This document shows positions 63,033 to 64,000 of a stretch of DNA of 64,000 bases, one piece after another (positions within the stretch are counted from its first letter, which is position 1; each line of letters begins with the position of its first letter). The notes under the pieces are model-generated. The model saw only the letters and a program-made list of their open reading frames with translations, did not search any database and was not told the origin of the DNA. The translations under genes were made by a program, and so were the position numbers. The DNA lies in the NCBI GenBank assembly GCA_001179505.1, contig CDMY01000385.1, positions 248,001 to 312,000 on the forward strand. The letters run 5' to 3'. The DNA is from Vitrella brassicaformis CCMP3155 (Eukaryota; Protista; Chromerida).

Positions 63033-64000
63033 TTATTCACAGGCAATGGATGTCTCGTCAGGGTAGCCCGTCTTCAGAATGCGGTAATCAGCACAGCCTA
63101 CACACACCACACACAAACCCCCAAACCCCCCACACACGCACACGTGATGTCTCGGTCTCTCTGTGGCTCAACCACTGTCTGTGTCTGTCGGTCTGTGTTG
63201 TGTTGTGTGTGTTGGTTACAGTCTGGTTTAGGTCCTATCCACTTGCCGTCGTTGCACATATGAAAGAACACCGTCCCCGTCTTATTGGTCGGCCTTGGCG
63301 CGTCGCTGGCCGGCGGCTCGCTGAAGTGCCGCAGCACACGCGGGCCCACAGACCTCTGCGGATCCAGACACTCGATAGCCACAAAGGTCCCCTCGCCGTA
63401 CAGACGCTTCTCAGCGCGAGACTTCTCGCACCGGTCACCAGCAAGGTCGTTCTTCGGCCGCCAGCAGTTGGCTGCGTCGCAGCAGCCCGGCCCCCACATC
63501 GAGTAGGTCCGCGCGCGAGGCACCAGCTGGTCTTCTGCTCGGCAGAGTTTTGGCGCGAGGCCTAATGGCTCGCCCTGGGGAGTGCTGATGTTGAGGGGCT
63601 TCAGAGCCATCTGCTCCCGCCGCAGCGACACACGGGCGTTGAAGTCTCTGTCCGGCTCGAGGAGATCGAAGACGCCCTCGCCTGTGGCCTTGTGCGTGTA
63701 ATCCCGCCTTCTGGCGGCCGTGTTGCGTTGCCGTCGTTTCTCGAGCAGCAGTTGTCTGGCCTGTTTGGCCTCCTGCTTCATCTGGTACTCCTCCAGCCCT
63801 TCACGAATGTCGGCTTCCTCCTCGGCCGTCTGGCTCAGCTGCAGCAGCAGAGTGCCCTCGGTCATGACCTCGCTCTCCCCCCCACCCCCGCCCCCGCCCC
63901 CTGAGACAGCCTCCTCCAGCTGTCTTTGTTGCTCGGGCGCGATGTCCTCGATGCGGCCGGCCTGGTCGTTGCAGCGCTTGGTGCGGAGGAAGCCAGCTTT
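63033..64000 (-). CDS. 5'-partial hypothetical protein: coiled-coil segment then Cys-rich C-terminal region (sushi-like ending)
   Basis: The frame is open from the window edge. It contains CCDAANCW...FFHMCNDGKWIGPKPDC. A probable last exon reads CCADYRILKTGYPDETSIACE*, with TAA at 63033. Confidence 0.55.

Noticed and set aside
1-64000. tRNA, rRNA and transposase or retroelement genes
   Set aside because: None was recognisable by eye. Small ncRNAs cannot be excluded without covariance-model searches.

Overview
This is a GC-rich, intron-dense eukaryotic nuclear region containing about 22 protein-coding genes. Introns are short, GT-AG and rich in (AC)n/(GT)n/(GACA)n repeats. Violaxanthin de-epoxidase, bipartite signal-plus-transit plastid-targeting leaders and a ferlin point to a photosynthetic alveolate with a complex plastid, most consistent with a chromerid such as Vitrella (inference, not verified). 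Gene order: low-complexity protein (5' partial), CCDC177-like coiled-coil protein, ureD, unknown, CXC ORF, membrane protein, LAGLIDADG protein, Pro-rich protein, VDE, uricase, ferlin, GT31 galactosyltransferase, ASCC1, Caprin/PYM-like protein, AhpC/SelU-family redoxin, LSG1, alpha/beta hydrolase (300-N gap in an intron), DnaJ-type Zn-finger protein, secreted double acetamidase/formamidase, guanylate-binding protein, anoctamin fusion, and a 5'-partial gene. Highlights: (1) a probable plastid-targeted selenoprotein, missed by the ORF track, with an in-frame UGA in a UxxC motif and a SECIS-like hairpin in its 3' UTR; (2) an intronless nuclear double-LAGLIDADG protein with a mitochondrial-type presequence; (3) an anoctamin + FABP-like + START lipid-handling fusion; (4) 5'-AC/3'-GT self-complementary introns. 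Several apparent 1-nt frameshifts lie in or next to short base runs and are most simply assembly errors. All gene models were built by eye from splice-site and frame logic; no database searches were run.
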